Positions 49,201 to 57,825 of a stretch of 64,000 nt of DNA are shown in pieces. Both the position numbers and the translations under genes were made by a program. The number at the start of each line of letters is the position of its first letter. The stretch's first letter is position 1. This stretch comes from an uncultured Novosphingobium sp. (GTDB taxonomy: Bacteria; Pseudomonadota; Alphaproteobacteria; Sphingomonadales; Sphingomonadaceae): contig CAZVMC010000002.1 in assembly GCA_964628635.1 (NCBI GenBank), positions 247 to 64,246 of the forward strand. The letters are read 5' to 3'. The notes below the pieces were generated by a model. It made no database searches and was not told where the DNA came from. It saw only the letters and a program-made list of their open reading frames with translations.

Positions 49201-49230
49201 GGTGTCTCTGTAGTCGCGCTTCTCGGTCAT
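46222..49230 (-). CDS. ileS: Isoleucine--tRNA ligase (type 1)
   Basis: HDGPPYANGDMHIGH, WTTTPWT, DWVLSRQR, EGSDQHRGWF, KMSKS, C-terminal CxxC...CxxC. Confidence 0.98.
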   Translation of the reverse strand: MTEKRDYRDTVFLPKTEFPMKAGLPQKEPGIAAKWEAEKLYEQLRDARRGRETFMYHDGPPYANGDMHIGHALNHTIKDMVCRTQNLLGKDAPYVPGWDCHGLPIEWKVEEQYRKAKKNKDEVPLLEFRAECRAYAQHWVDVQRAQLKRLGVMADWDNPYLTMQPESEATIVAELLKFATSGQLYRGAKPVMWSPVEKTALAEAEVEYEDITSTQIDVAFEIVESPIPELVGAHAVIWTTTPWTIPVNQALAYGPEVEYRILDIIYDAGALQGGSPQSGTIATVTAAEAAGLPKDATRVLIAAPLIDAFKERLNAMLSKLDIEGANAPEVLVHDALGIENPALKGSDLAGTIARHPMHHLGGFFAEPRPLLPGDFVTTDSGTGLVHMAPDHGEDDFELCKAHGLSPKFAVEGDGKYREDWLWLGGQGSVINPKFNAPDGPICADLRAAGALLAASADYQHSYPHSWRSKAKVIYRCTPQWFVPMDKPLPSRLREGSGEGLSPSAAEGTSPPLTPPAGGRGTTLREIALAEIERVQFTPEKGRNRIGSMVAGRPDWVLSRQRAWGVPITLFVNRKSGEYLVDAEVNERIVAAVKAQGIDAWTPETAHGFLGDAYNPDEWEAVSDILDVWFDSGTSHAYVLESDRWPDLSWPADIYVEGSDQHRGWFQSSLLESCATRGRAPYDRILTHGFTMDAKGMKMSKSLGNTIDPIKVMETYGADIIRLWALTVDFTEDHRIGDEILKGVSDQYRKLRNTFRYLLGALDGFSEAERVSDVAAMPELERYVLALLAKLDGTLREAVETFDFNTYVRALSEFCNEDLSAFFFDIRKDCLYCDAVTDPKRMAYRTVLDTLFHALVRYAAPVLVFTAEEVWATRYPEGGSVHLLEWPELTTDPLLPSLIGEWEAVRRVRDAVAAEIEPLRREKVIGSSLEAVVTVPETGRLRGLDELAELFIVSEVVVADASKVTRTTHHKCGRCWRHLPEVTEDGALCSRCDNVVSAMEPAE
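47672..47767. repeat. 96-bp family A palindromic element inserted in frame in ileS (copy A5)
   Basis: 38-bp inverted arms (3 mismatches), each containing cccctcccgc-nn-gcgggagggg; translated within PLPSRLREGSGEGLSPSAAEGTSPPLTPPAGGRG. Confidence 0.92.
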
Positions 49231-49273
49231 AGCGCGCGGGCCTTAGCGGGGGAGGCGGGCCAGCGCAATTTAT

Positions 49274-49486
49274 GGTTCGCGCAGAGACCGCAGAGAAGAA
49301 GTGAGATTTGGTCACACGAAGACACGAAGTCACTCTGATGTCCAACCTACGGCGTGATGAAGTCGGCCCCAGGCCAACCCGCATCTGTCAAAATCGCCTC
49401 CGGCGAACCGGACAGCAGAATGCAGATGAAGGCCTTCAGTGCTGGACCGCATCGTCTCTGCGACCTCTGCGGTCTCTGCGCGAACC
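49274..49486. repeat. Palindromic element, family B (copy B3) with a nested extra left arm
   Basis: 22-bp perfect arms ggttcgcgcagagaccgcagag; nested ggtcacacgaagacacgaag at about 49310. Confidence 0.85.
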
Positions 49487-49498
49487 CGAACTCCTTGC

Positions 49499-50539
49499 CT
49501 AATCCCGCCCGGCCCGGCGTTTGGTCATCGCGGCCTGGAACTTTTCTTCCTGCACCGGATTGCGCTTGCCGTAGGTCGGGCGCACCGCCGGACCCACGGC
49601 GACGATATCGTCCACCCAGAGGTAGCCGGTGTAGCCCACCGGCACTTCCTTGATCTGCTCAGGCAGATCCAGCCCGGTGAGGCCCGCTTCCGCTTGCGGC
49701 CCGGTCAGCACCACTCGCGCATTGGCTGCGCTCATTCGCGCCTGCAGCCGGTTGGGCCAGCCGGCGAAGGCCCATTGGCGGTTGAGTGGAACCAGGATCG
49801 CGCTGTTCGTGCAGGCTGCCGGGGTCAGGCCCAGCCAGCCCTGCCAGCGATAGGCGGCGGTGCAGGCCTGCGCCCCGGCCATGCTGAAGGCCCAGGCCTT
49901 GGGGAAGGCGGCGCGCAGCTTGCCGAGCGCGGCGGCGACTTCGCTCTGGAAGCCATCGCCGATCGTGCTGACATCGCGGCCTGCCGCTTTCAGCGCCGCG
50001 ATCAGCTTGTCGGCATCGCCCGCTTCGCTGCCCAGTCGGAACAGGATCGGCTTTTCGGGCAGCACTTGCAGCGCTTCCTCCAGGCTGGGGATCAGCCCGC
50101 GGCCTTTGCCGCGCAGCGGGAAAGTTTTGCCGCCATCGGCGCTGTAATCGTGTCCGGCATCGAGCGCCTTGAGCTGCGCCAAAGTGGCCGCGCGGGCCGG
50201 GCCGGTTCCGTCGGTGCGGCAATCGAGCGCAGCATCGGGGTAGAGCGCGATCTTCCCGTCGGCTGTGGGGACAACATCCACCGCGACCATCTGCGCACCG
50301 TTGCCGCTGGCGGCCATGAAGGCGGGGACGGTCTGCGGGATCGTGTCGCTCAGCGGTTCCTCGATCCGCGTGCCGGGGCAGTCACCCGCGCCGCGCAGGG
50401 CCAGCGGCCCGGCTCCGCCGGGCGCAACCAGCTTCAGATAACCGCGCGGGCTATCGGCCAGCCAACTGGCGTTGACGAATGTGAGCACCAGAAAGGCCAG
50501 CGCCAGCAAGAAGGCCAGCGGCCGCAGAATCTTCGACAT
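49499..50539 (-). CDS. Glycerophosphodiester phosphodiesterase-fold protein, catalytic motifs degenerate
   Basis: N-terminal TM; TADG, LDCRTDGTG, TLAQLKALDAG, FPLRG, PSLEE. AHRG, ExD and HD appear as APGG, AVD and PD. Confidence 0.8.
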   Translation of the reverse strand: MSKILRPLAFLLALAFLVLTFVNASWLADSPRGYLKLVAPGGAGPLALRGAGDCPGTRIEEPLSDTIPQTVPAFMAASGNGAQMVAVDVVPTADGKIALYPDAALDCRTDGTGPARAATLAQLKALDAGHDYSADGGKTFPLRGKGRGLIPSLEEALQVLPEKPILFRLGSEAGDADKLIAALKAAGRDVSTIGDGFQSEVAAALGKLRAAFPKAWAFSMAGAQACTAAYRWQGWLGLTPAACTNSAILVPLNRQWAFAGWPNRLQARMSAANARVVLTGPQAEAGLTGLDLPEQIKEVPVGYTGYLWVDDIVAVGPAVRPTYGKRNPVQEEKFQAAMTKRRAGRD

Positions 50540-50598
50540 AGATTGCAATTCCCCCGCGTTTTGCGCTGCTTAGCGAAGCAAAGTGTTTGCCGCAATTA

Positions 50599-50750
50599 TG
50601 TTCACACGAAGCCACGAAGACATGAAGATGTTGGGACTGCGGCGAAGCCGCCTGCTTCAAAATCGCCCTGAAATGAATGAACAGCAGAGTCTAGAACAAG
50701 GCCTGCGGCGCACGGCCACCTCTTTGTGTCTTCGTGTCTTCGTGTGCACC
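50599..50750 (-). repeat. Palindromic element, family B (copy B4, inverted relative to B5)
   Basis: Arms built of cacgaaga octamers; internal gcggcgaagccgc and ggcctgcggcgc. Confidence 0.85.
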
Positions 50751-50752
50751 AA

Positions 50753-51682
50753 TCAGTCTGAACCAAGCAGGTCTCGCGCCGCATCGCAGTCGCGCTCGAT
50801 TTGCGCGGTCAGTTCCTCCAGCGAGGCGAACTTTGCTTCGCCGCGCAGGAAGTGGTGGAAGGCAACCTCGATCTCCTGCCCATAGAGATCGCCGGAAAAA
50901 TCGAAGAAGTGGGGCTCGAGCAGCTCCTTGGGCGGAACGAATTGCGGGCGCACGCCGATGTTGGCCGCGCCTTTGAGCAGCGTGCCGTCAGGCAATTTGC
51001 CGGTCACCGCATAGACCCCGTAGCGCGGGCGCAGATAGCTGCCGAGCGGCAAGTTGGCGGTGGGATAGCCCAGCAGTCGCCCGTTCTTGTCACCATGCTG
51101 GACCTTGCCGCGAATCGCGAAAGGCCTGGTCAGCAGCCGCGCCGCCTCAGCACAATCGCCCACGCGCAGCGCCTCGCGGATCCGACTGGAGGAGACGACC
51201 TCGCCGTGATCGCCGACTGGGCCAACCGCTCGCGCCGCCATGCCGTGCGCCGCGCCCAGTTCGGCCAGCACCGCCACATTGCCCCCGCGCGCCTTGCCGA
51301 AAGTGAAGTCCTCGCCGGTCACCACGCCTTTGGCGCCGAGCGGCCCGGCGAGCAGCGCCACGAAATCTTCCGCCGTGGTTCCCGCCAGTTCGCCGTCGAA
51401 ATGGAACACCAGCATCGCATCGGCCCCGGCGTCAGCGAACAGTTCCTGCCGCTGGTCGAGTGTGGTCAGCCGGAACGGCGGCACGTCGGGGGCGAAGTGG
51501 CGCACCGGGTGCGGATCGAAGGTGGCGACAATTGCCGGGCGGCCTTCGGCCTTCGCCCACTCGATCGCCGCGCCCACCACGGATTGATGACCCAGATGAA
51601 ACCCGTCGAAATTGCCCAGCGCGATCACTGCGCCGCGCAAGGGGGCGGGGACCGGTTCGCGGTGATCGAGGCGGGGGATCAT
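50753..51682 (-). CDS. ribF: Bifunctional riboflavin kinase / FAD synthetase
   Basis: GNFDGFHLGH, TFDPHP, VSSSRIR, GRLLGYPTAN, GVYAV. Confidence 0.97.
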   Translation of the reverse strand: MIPRLDHREPVPAPLRGAVIALGNFDGFHLGHQSVVGAAIEWAKAEGRPAIVATFDPHPVRHFAPDVPPFRLTTLDQRQELFADAGADAMLVFHFDGELAGTTAEDFVALLAGPLGAKGVVTGEDFTFGKARGGNVAVLAELGAAHGMAARAVGPVGDHGEVVSSSRIREALRVGDCAEAARLLTRPFAIRGKVQHGDKNGRLLGYPTANLPLGSYLRPRYGVYAVTGKLPDGTLLKGAANIGVRPQFVPPKELLEPHFFDFSGDLYGQEIEVAFHHFLRGEAKFASLEELTAQIERDCDAARDLLGSD

Positions 51683-51728
51683 CCAGCCCCTCCCGGCATT
51701 CTCGGCGCCGCTTTGCTATTGTTCGAAT

Positions 51729-51870
51729 GGTTCGCGCGAAGACGCGAAGACGCAAAGGGCGCGATGTGCGCCGCAGGCCTTCCTTCTCTGTTCAAGGCGT
51801 TGCTCAATGTGTTGGAGGAGGCTTCGCCTCCAAAGCGGGATCTTCGTGTCTTCGCGTCTTCGCGCGAACC
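51729..51870 (+). repeat. Palindromic element, family B (copy B5)
   Basis: 23-bp perfect arms ggttcgcgcgaagacgcgaagac; internal gcgccgcaggcc and ggaggcttcgcctcc. Confidence 0.9.
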
Positions 51871-51905
51871 CTTCCCAGTCATCAGTGCAAAACTGCCGGA
51901 CCAGT

Positions 51906-53090
51906 TCATGATCGACCACGTACCGCGCTGATTGGCGCAATCCCAGTTCGGATCACCCGCAGCGCATTTCCGCCCATCACCGCGCGGATTTCGTCGGCGG
52001 TGAAGCCTTCGTTAAGCAACGCCTGGGTCACCTGCACCAGCCCCGAGGTGTCGAACCGCGTGGTCGTCGCGCCGTCGAAATCGCTGCCGAGCGCGAGGTA
52101 CTGCACGCCGACCAGATCGCGGACATGCTTCATCGCTTTCGCGATCGACTGCGGCGAAATATCGCAGACCGCGCCGTCCCAATAGCCGATCCCGATCAGC
52201 CCACCGGTATTGGCGACGCCCTTGATCTGCTCGTCGGTGAGGTTGCGGTTGGTGCCGCAGGTTGCCTTGACCCCGCCGTGGCTGGAGACCACCGGGCGGC
52301 GGGCCATCGCCAGCACATCGCTCACGCAGGCGCTGCTGCAGTGCGCGATGTCGACGATCATGCCCATGTCTTCCATCCGCGCGACGATCTGCCGCCCGAA
52401 TGGCGTCAATCCGCCCTTGGCCACCCCGTGCATCGACCCGGCGAGTTCGTTGTCGAAAAAGTGCGTGAGGCCCGCCATGCGAAAGCCTGCGCGGTAGAGC
52501 CGGTCGAGGTTTTCGAGTTTGCCTTCAAGGTTGTGCAGGCCTTCGACGGTGAGCATCCCGCCGACGGGTCCGCCCGGCGCGGCGCGTGCGGTGAGCAGCC
52601 GGTCGAGCCCGGCCGGATCGGTCACTTTGGCCAGCTTGCCCTTTGTCTCTGCCGCGGCCTGGTCAAGCCGTGCGGCGTGGAACAGCGAGCGTTCGGTGAG
52701 CGAAAACCAGGTCCGTACCGGTTGCAGCTGGGCGATCACCAGCGGGGTGATATTGTCGGTATCGCCGGTGTTGCCGTCGTAATTCTGCCCGCGCGGGCTC
52801 TTGGTGGTGGAGGCAAACAGTTGCAGCGCCACGTTGCCCTGCTGCAGGCGCGGCAGATCTTCATGCCCCCGGTCCGAGGCCGGGACGGGATCGCGCCACA
52901 TCAGCGTGTCCGCATGGAGGTCGACGATCTGCAGGCTCGCATGCAGCGCCTTGGCCTCAGCGCTGACCGGGATCCCTGGCTGGCCGTCGACCCGGTTCAT
53001 CTGCCGTTCGAGATAGCCCGGCGCAAAGCCGAAGAAACCGATCGCTGCAACCGCAAGCAGAGCTGCCGGTATCCAGACCCGTTTGCGCAT
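51906..53090 (-). CDS. Membrane dipeptidase (M19)
   Basis: VDLHAD, VEG, LTHF, DIAH, SSHGG, ALGSDFDG. Confidence 0.92.
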   Translation of the reverse strand: MRKRVWIPAALLAVAAIGFFGFAPGYLERQMNRVDGQPGIPVSAEAKALHASLQIVDLHADTLMWRDPVPASDRGHEDLPRLQQGNVALQLFASTTKSPRGQNYDGNTGDTDNITPLVIAQLQPVRTWFSLTERSLFHAARLDQAAAETKGKLAKVTDPAGLDRLLTARAAPGGPVGGMLTVEGLHNLEGKLENLDRLYRAGFRMAGLTHFFDNELAGSMHGVAKGGLTPFGRQIVARMEDMGMIVDIAHCSSACVSDVLAMARRPVVSSHGGVKATCGTNRNLTDEQIKGVANTGGLIGIGYWDGAVCDISPQSIAKAMKHVRDLVGVQYLALGSDFDGATTTRFDTSGLVQVTQALLNEGFTADEIRAVMGGNALRVIRTGIAPISAVRGRS

Positions 53091-53110
53091 CGCTCGCTTC
53101 CCCTTCCTGC

Positions 53111-53611
53111 TTACGAAGCGGCGGGTTTACGCAGCAGCGTGACGAAAGCAAAGCCCGGCAACTTGCCTTCTGCCGAATGCTCCTCACGCGCGGTTTCGGT
53201 CCATTCGGCGGGGCTAAAAGCCGGAAATGTAACGTCGCCCTGCGGCTTGGCGTCGATCGCGGTCCATTCGATCCGGTCGGCGATAGGCAGGAACAGCGCG
53301 AAGATCTCCGCCCCGCCGATCACCGCGACATGCGGCGCATTGGCCAAGTGCAGCGCTTCTTCCACCGAACGCACTACCTCTGCGCCGTCCTCCGCCCAAA
53401 CCGGATCGCGCGTCAGCACGATGTGACGGCGGCCGGGGAGCAGGCCGGGAAGCGATTCGAAGGTCTTGCGACCCATGATCATCGGCTTGTTCATGGTCAG
53501 CGCCTTGAAGTGCCGCAGGTCCGCCGGAAGATGCCAGGGCATCGCGCCTTCGTTGCCGATCACGCCATTGGCGCCTACCGCAACGACCAGGAAAATCTCG
53601 GGATGATTCAT
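53111..53611 (-). CDS. folA: Dihydrofolate reductase
   Basis: NGVIG, MPWHLPADLRHFK, IMGRKTFES, LPGR, IGGAEIF; ATG 53611 overlaps the purK stop. Confidence 0.95.
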   Translation of the reverse strand: MNHPEIFLVVAVGANGVIGNEGAMPWHLPADLRHFKALTMNKPMIMGRKTFESLPGLLPGRRHIVLTRDPVWAEDGAEVVRSVEEALHLANAPHVAVIGGAEIFALFLPIADRIEWTAIDAKPQGDVTFPAFSPAEWTETAREEHSAEGKLPGFAFVTLLRKPAAS

Positions 53612-54660
53612 AACGTCAGTCGGGTCACATGGCCCATCTTGCGTCCCGGGCGTACCGCCGCCTTGCCATAGAGGTGCAAGTGGTTGCGCGGGTCTTTGAG
53701 GATCGCGGGCCAATCGTGCGCCTCGTCGCCTATGAGGTTGGTCATTTCGGCGGCCTTTGCGGCGAGCGCCGTCTCGCCCAGCGGCAGGCCGCAGATCGCG
53801 CGGATGTGGTTCTCAAACTGGCTGGTGAGCGCGCCCTCAATCGTCCAGTGGCCGGAATTGTGCACCCGGGGGGCCATTTCGTTGAACACCGGCCCGGCCT
53901 GGGTCGCAAAGAATTCCAACGTCAGCACCCCGACATAGCCCAGCGCATTGGCCACCCTGGCCGCCAGTTCGCGCGCCGCACCGACCTGTTCGCGCACCCG
54001 GGGTGAGGCGGGGACCGCCGAAGTCGCCAGAATGCCACCGGCGTGGACGTTCTCGGCCGAATCCCAGAACACTGTCGCGCCGTCCTGGCCCCGACAGAGG
54101 ATCACCGAGAACTCGGCGAAGAAATCGACAAAGCCTTCGAACACCAGCGGCTGGCCGGTCAGGTTGATTCCTTCGGCATCGTGGTCGGTCATGATCCGCC
54201 ACTGGCCCTTGCCGTCATAGCCATCGCGCCGAGTCTTGAGGATCCCGGGGCTGCCGATCACGGTAAGCGCACGCTCAAGGTCATCTGCGGTGTCGACTGC
54301 CATCCACGGCGCGGGCCGCCCGCCCAGCCCTTCGACGAAGCGCTTCTCGCTGACCCGGTCCTGCGCGGTCTCGAGCGCCCGCAGACTCGGTAGCAGCTTG
54401 CCGCCCAAGCTGCCGAGTGCGGCGACGGGGACATTCTCGAACTCGTAGGTCACCACCGCGCAATCGGCCGCGAACTCGGCCAGAGCGGCGGTATCGTGCC
54501 AATCCGCGCGGGTGTGTGCCGCGCAAACATCGGCAGCGATAAACTCCGCTTCGGGCGAATATACGTGGCAGCGATAACCGAGTCGGGCGGCGGCCATCGC
54601 CAGCATTCGTCCCAGCTGCCCGCCGCCCAGGATGCCGATGGTTTCGCCCGGAGAGATCAT
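53608..54660 (-). CDS. purK: N5-carboxyaminoimidazole ribonucleotide synthase
   Basis: GGGQLGRM, TYEFEN, GYDGKGQ, NEMAPRVHNSGH, GRKMGH. Confidence 0.97.
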   Translation of the reverse strand: MISPGETIGILGGGQLGRMLAMAAARLGYRCHVYSPEAEFIAADVCAAHTRADWHDTAALAEFAADCAVVTYEFENVPVAALGSLGGKLLPSLRALETAQDRVSEKRFVEGLGGRPAPWMAVDTADDLERALTVIGSPGILKTRRDGYDGKGQWRIMTDHDAEGINLTGQPLVFEGFVDFFAEFSVILCRGQDGATVFWDSAENVHAGGILATSAVPASPRVREQVGAARELAARVANALGYVGVLTLEFFATQAGPVFNEMAPRVHNSGHWTIEGALTSQFENHIRAICGLPLGETALAAKAAEMTNLIGDEAHDWPAILKDPRNHLHLYGKAAVRPGRKMGHVTRLTL

Positions 54661-54675
54661 GCGCGCGGGATCATT

Positions 54676-55152
54676 TCACGCAGGCCGCTCGGCCACGCTT
54701 GCACTCTGGGCCGCACGGTAAGCCTTGAGGCGCTCGGCCAGCGCCGGATCGCTCGTCGCCAGAATCGCCGCTGCGAGCAATCCGGCATTGGTTGCCCCGG
54801 CCTCACCGATCGCCAGCGTTCCGACCGGAATCCCGGCGGGCATCTGCACGATTGAGAGCAAGCTGTCCTGCCCGCTCAGCGCCTTCGATTGCACCGGCAC
54901 ACCCAGCACCGGCAGGTGGGTCATGCTCGCGACCATCCCCGGCAGATGCGCCGCTCCGCCCGCCCCGGCGATGATTACCTTGAAGCCCTCATTGCCGGCA
55001 CCTTCGGCGAATTTGACCAGCCGGGCTGGGGTGCGATGCGCCGAAACGATCCGCGCATCATAAGCCACGCCCAGCTTGTCGAGCGCCTCGGCAGCCTTCT
55101 GCATCGTCGCCCAGTCGGACTGGCTGCCCATGACGATTGCCACCTCCGCCAT
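54676..55152 (-). CDS. purE: N5-CAIR mutase
   Basis: [31 protein letters not shown]. Confidence 0.98.
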   Translation of the reverse strand: MAEVAIVMGSQSDWATMQKAAEALDKLGVAYDARIVSAHRTPARLVKFAEGAGNEGFKVIIAGAGGAAHLPGMVASMTHLPVLGVPVQSKALSGQDSLLSIVQMPAGIPVGTLAIGEAGATNAGLLAAAILATSDPALAERLKAYRAAQSASVAERPA

Positions 55153-55154
55153 GC

Positions 55155-55841
55155 TCAGCGCTCCGCCAGATAGTAACGCTCGGAAGCGTTCAGGTCGGCA
55201 TCTAGCTCATAGACAATCGGCTGCCCGGTGGGGATCTCCAGCCCGGTGATGTCCTCGTCCGAAATGCCGGACAGGTGCTTGACCAGCGCACGCAGCGAAT
55301 TGCCGTGGGCGGAGACTAGCACCGTCGCTCCGGCCCGAAGCTGCGGCGCAATGGCGCTCTCATAGTAGGGCAGCACCCGTGCAATCGTGTCCTTGAGACT
55401 CTCAGTGGAAGGGATTGCGATTCCGGCATAGCGCGGATCGCGGGCCAGATCGAACGCGCTGCCCGCTTCCAGCGCTGGCGGCGGAATGTCGAAGCTGCGC
55501 CGCCAGATCTTGACTTGCTCGTCACCATGCTTGGCCGCCGTCTCAGCCTTGTTGAGCCCAGTCAGCCCGCCATAGTGTCGCTCGTTGAGCCGCCAATCCT
55601 TGGTTTCGGGGATCCAGCTCCGCCCCGCCGCATCGAGCGCGAAGTGCAGCGTGCGGATTGCGCGAGTCTGAAGCGAAGTGAACGCCAGATCGGGCAGCAT
55701 GCCTTTGGCCGCCAGCAATGCACCCGCCGCACGGGCCTCGTCCTCGCCCTGCAGCGTTAGGTCGACATCCCACCAGCCAGTGAAGCGGTTTTCAAGGTTC
55801 CACTGGCTCTGGCCGTGGCGGACAAGAATCAGACGAGGCAT
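55155..55841 (-). CDS. gpmA: 2,3-BPG-dependent phosphoglycerate mutase
   Basis: [26 protein letters not shown]. Confidence 0.97.
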   Translation of the reverse strand: MPRLILVRHGQSQWNLENRFTGWWDVDLTLQGEDEARAAGALLAAKGMLPDLAFTSLQTRAIRTLHFALDAAGRSWIPETKDWRLNERHYGGLTGLNKAETAAKHGDEQVKIWRRSFDIPPPALEAGSAFDLARDPRYAGIAIPSTESLKDTIARVLPYYESAIAPQLRAGATVLVSAHGNSLRALVKHLSGISDEDITGLEIPTGQPIVYELDADLNASERYYLAER

Positions 55842-55911
55842 TTTAGGTCCCAGATTAGCTGCCAGGTGACGCTTTCCGCCGCAAAGCGGACAACAATCTC
55901 GCTATTGGCCC

Positions 55912-56043
55912 CTAGTCAGTCGGTTCACCTTTGGGAAGCGCTGCGTTCACTTCGCGCGCCTGTTCCTTGCGCCGCCGCAGGTTTTCGCGCAGCTTGGCGG
56001 CAAGGCGCTCTTCGCGCGAAAGGGCGGGCGGTTTTTCACGCAT
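55912..56043 (-). CDS. Small basic protein (43 aa)
   Basis: MREKPPALSREERLAAKLRENLRRRKEQARE..., amphipathic basic helix. Confidence 0.65.
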   Translation of the reverse strand: MREKPPALSREERLAAKLRENLRRRKEQAREVNAALPKGEPTD

Positions 56044-56074
56044 TGGCAAGACCTGCTCGCTATCAGGCGAGTGC

Positions 56075-56103
56075 TTGACAAAGCAAGGGGGCGCGGCCAA
56101 TAG
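56075..56103 (+). promoter_or_regulatory. Sigma70-type promoter for the tRNA
   Basis: TTGACA-N17-CAATAG, 50 nt upstream of the tRNA. Confidence 0.55.
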
Positions 56104-56153
56104 CGCGCCCCTGCCCGGACCGGCCTTGCCGCTGCGGGCTATCTGAATGGTTG

Positions 56154-56228
<75 letters not shown>

Positions 56229-56263
56229 TTCGACTCTCATGATTGATGGGTTTGGCTCACCAG

Positions 56264-56398
56264 TCACTCGAGCGGCATTTGCCGCGCAGATACCTCGCTG
56301 GGGTCAAACAGCCGCCGTTTCATCGGCGCGCCGTCGGGGCTGTTCAGCCAGACGACGAACACCAGCACGCTGCCCAGCGCCAGAAAGACATATTTCAT
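56264..56398 (-). CDS. Putative 44-aa single-TM protein
   Basis: MKYVFLALGSVLVFVVWLNSPDGAPMKRRLFDPSEVSARQMPLE with GGAGA RBS; below the ORF-track cutoff. Confidence 0.55.
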   Translation of the reverse strand: MKYVFLALGSVLVFVVWLNSPDGAPMKRRLFDPSEVSARQMPLE

Positions 56399-56497
56399 CA
56401 CCGATTCTCCGCGCCATGCACGGTCTCCGGACGCAGGCATAGGCGTGGTTGGTGAACCGGGGTTTCGCGTTTGCGGTTATCGGCTGCCGATTTGCGG

Positions 56498-56794
56498 TTA
56501 ACCCTGAGCGCGCAGTGCCGACCATTCGGGATGGCGCCTGAACTGCGCGGCGACATAGCTGCACTGCGGGTCAATCTTGAAACCCAGCGTCTCGGCATCC
56601 GCGACCAGCGCCTCGACCAGCCGCACGGCAACCCCGCGACCGCCGATTTCGGGCGGGACCAGCGCATGCTCGGCCACGCGCGCGCCGTTGCGTTCGATCC
56701 AGGTAAGCCGACCGATTGCGGTGCTGCCCTCGATCTGCGCGTGATACTCGCCGACGTTGCCGCCGCCGTGCCGGGTAATGGTGACGCTTTCCAT
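56498..56794 (-). CDS. YjdJ-like GNAT family protein
   Basis: EHALVPPEIGGRGVA...IDPQCSYV; ATG 56794. Confidence 0.88.
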   Translation of the reverse strand: MESVTITRHGGGNVGEYHAQIEGSTAIGRLTWIERNGARVAEHALVPPEIGGRGVAVRLVEALVADAETLGFKIDPQCSYVAAQFRRHPEWSALRAQG

Positions 56795-56823
56795 GGGCGC
56801 GCTCCTTTGCCAAAGAGATGGGT

Positions 56824-57825
56824 ATGCAATTCCTTTCCGACAATGCCGCAGCGGTTCACCCGAAGGTCTGGGCCGCGCTGCAGGCCGCTGACAGCCCCGA
56901 TTCGCCCTATGATGGCGATGCATTGAGCCAGCGGCTCGATGCCGAATTCACCGCGCTGTTCGGGCATGAATGCGTAGTGCTGTGGGTCGCGACGGGGACT
57001 GCGGCGAACTGTCTGGCTCTAGCCGCGATGGTGCCGCCGCACGGCGGGATTATCTGCCACCGCGAGGCACACATTGAAAGCGACGAGTGCGGTGCGCCGG
57101 GGTTCTACACTCACGGGGCCAAGCTGATCCTGATCGAGGGCGAGGGCGCAAAGATCACGGCTGCGGGCATCGACGGTGCGATCGCGGCGATTCGTAAAGA
57201 CGTGCATCAGGTCCAACCGCAAGCAATCTCAATCACCCAAGCCAGCGAATACGGGCGCGCCTATTCGCTGGCCGAAACTGCGGCGATCGGCGAGGCGGCG
57301 CGGCGGCATGGTATCCGGTTCCACATGGACGGAGCCCGCTTTGCCAACGCGGCAGCGTTCACCGGCTACCCGCTTGATGCGATGACCTGGCGCGCCGGGG
57401 TCGATGCCTTGAGCTTTGGTTGTGTCAAGAACGGCGGGATGAGCGCAGAAGCACTCGTGTTCTTCGATCCTGCGCTGGCCGAAGTCGCAAGGCTGCGGCG
57501 CAAGCGTGCGGGGCATTTGCAGTCGAAGGGCCGGTTCCTTGCTGCGCAAGTTCTGGCGATGCTTGAGGGTGGGTTGTGGCTGGAAAATGCGCGAGTAGCC
57601 AACGCCGCCGCGACCGAGCTTGGCCTCGCGGCGCAAACCCGCCTGCTCCACCCGGTCGAGGCCAATGAGCTGTTCCTGATCTGCACTGCCGACGAACGCG
57701 AGGCGCTGCGCGCGCAGGGTTTTTCCTTCTACGATTGGGGTCCTAACGCCGCCCGCCTGGTCACAGCCTGGAATTCCAACCCCGATCACGTCGCCGCGCT
57801 GGCCAAGGCAATCGCCGCCTTATGA
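56824..57825 (+). CDS. ltaE: Low-specificity L-threonine aldolase
   Basis: FLSDN, TGTAAN, HIESDECGAP, HMDGARFANA, SFGCVKNG. Confidence 0.92.
   Translation: MQFLSDNAAAVHPKVWAALQAADSPDSPYDGDALSQRLDAEFTALFGHECVVLWVATGTAANCLALAAMVPPHGGIICHREAHIESDECGAPGFYTHGAKLILIEGEGAKITAAGIDGAIAAIRKDVHQVQPQAISITQASEYGRAYSLAETAAIGEAARRHGIRFHMDGARFANAAAFTGYPLDAMTWRAGVDALSFGCVKNGGMSAEALVFFDPALAEVARLRRKRAGHLQSKGRFLAAQVLAMLEGGLWLENARVANAAATELGLAAQTRLLHPVEANELFLICTADEREALRAQGFSFYDWGPNAARLVTAWNSNPDHVAALAKAIAAL

Noticed and set aside
15614-51870. Possible CRISPR array or IS ends from the periodic repeats
   Set aside because: Units are inverted and dispersed, with no repeat-spacer periodicity, cas genes or transposase.
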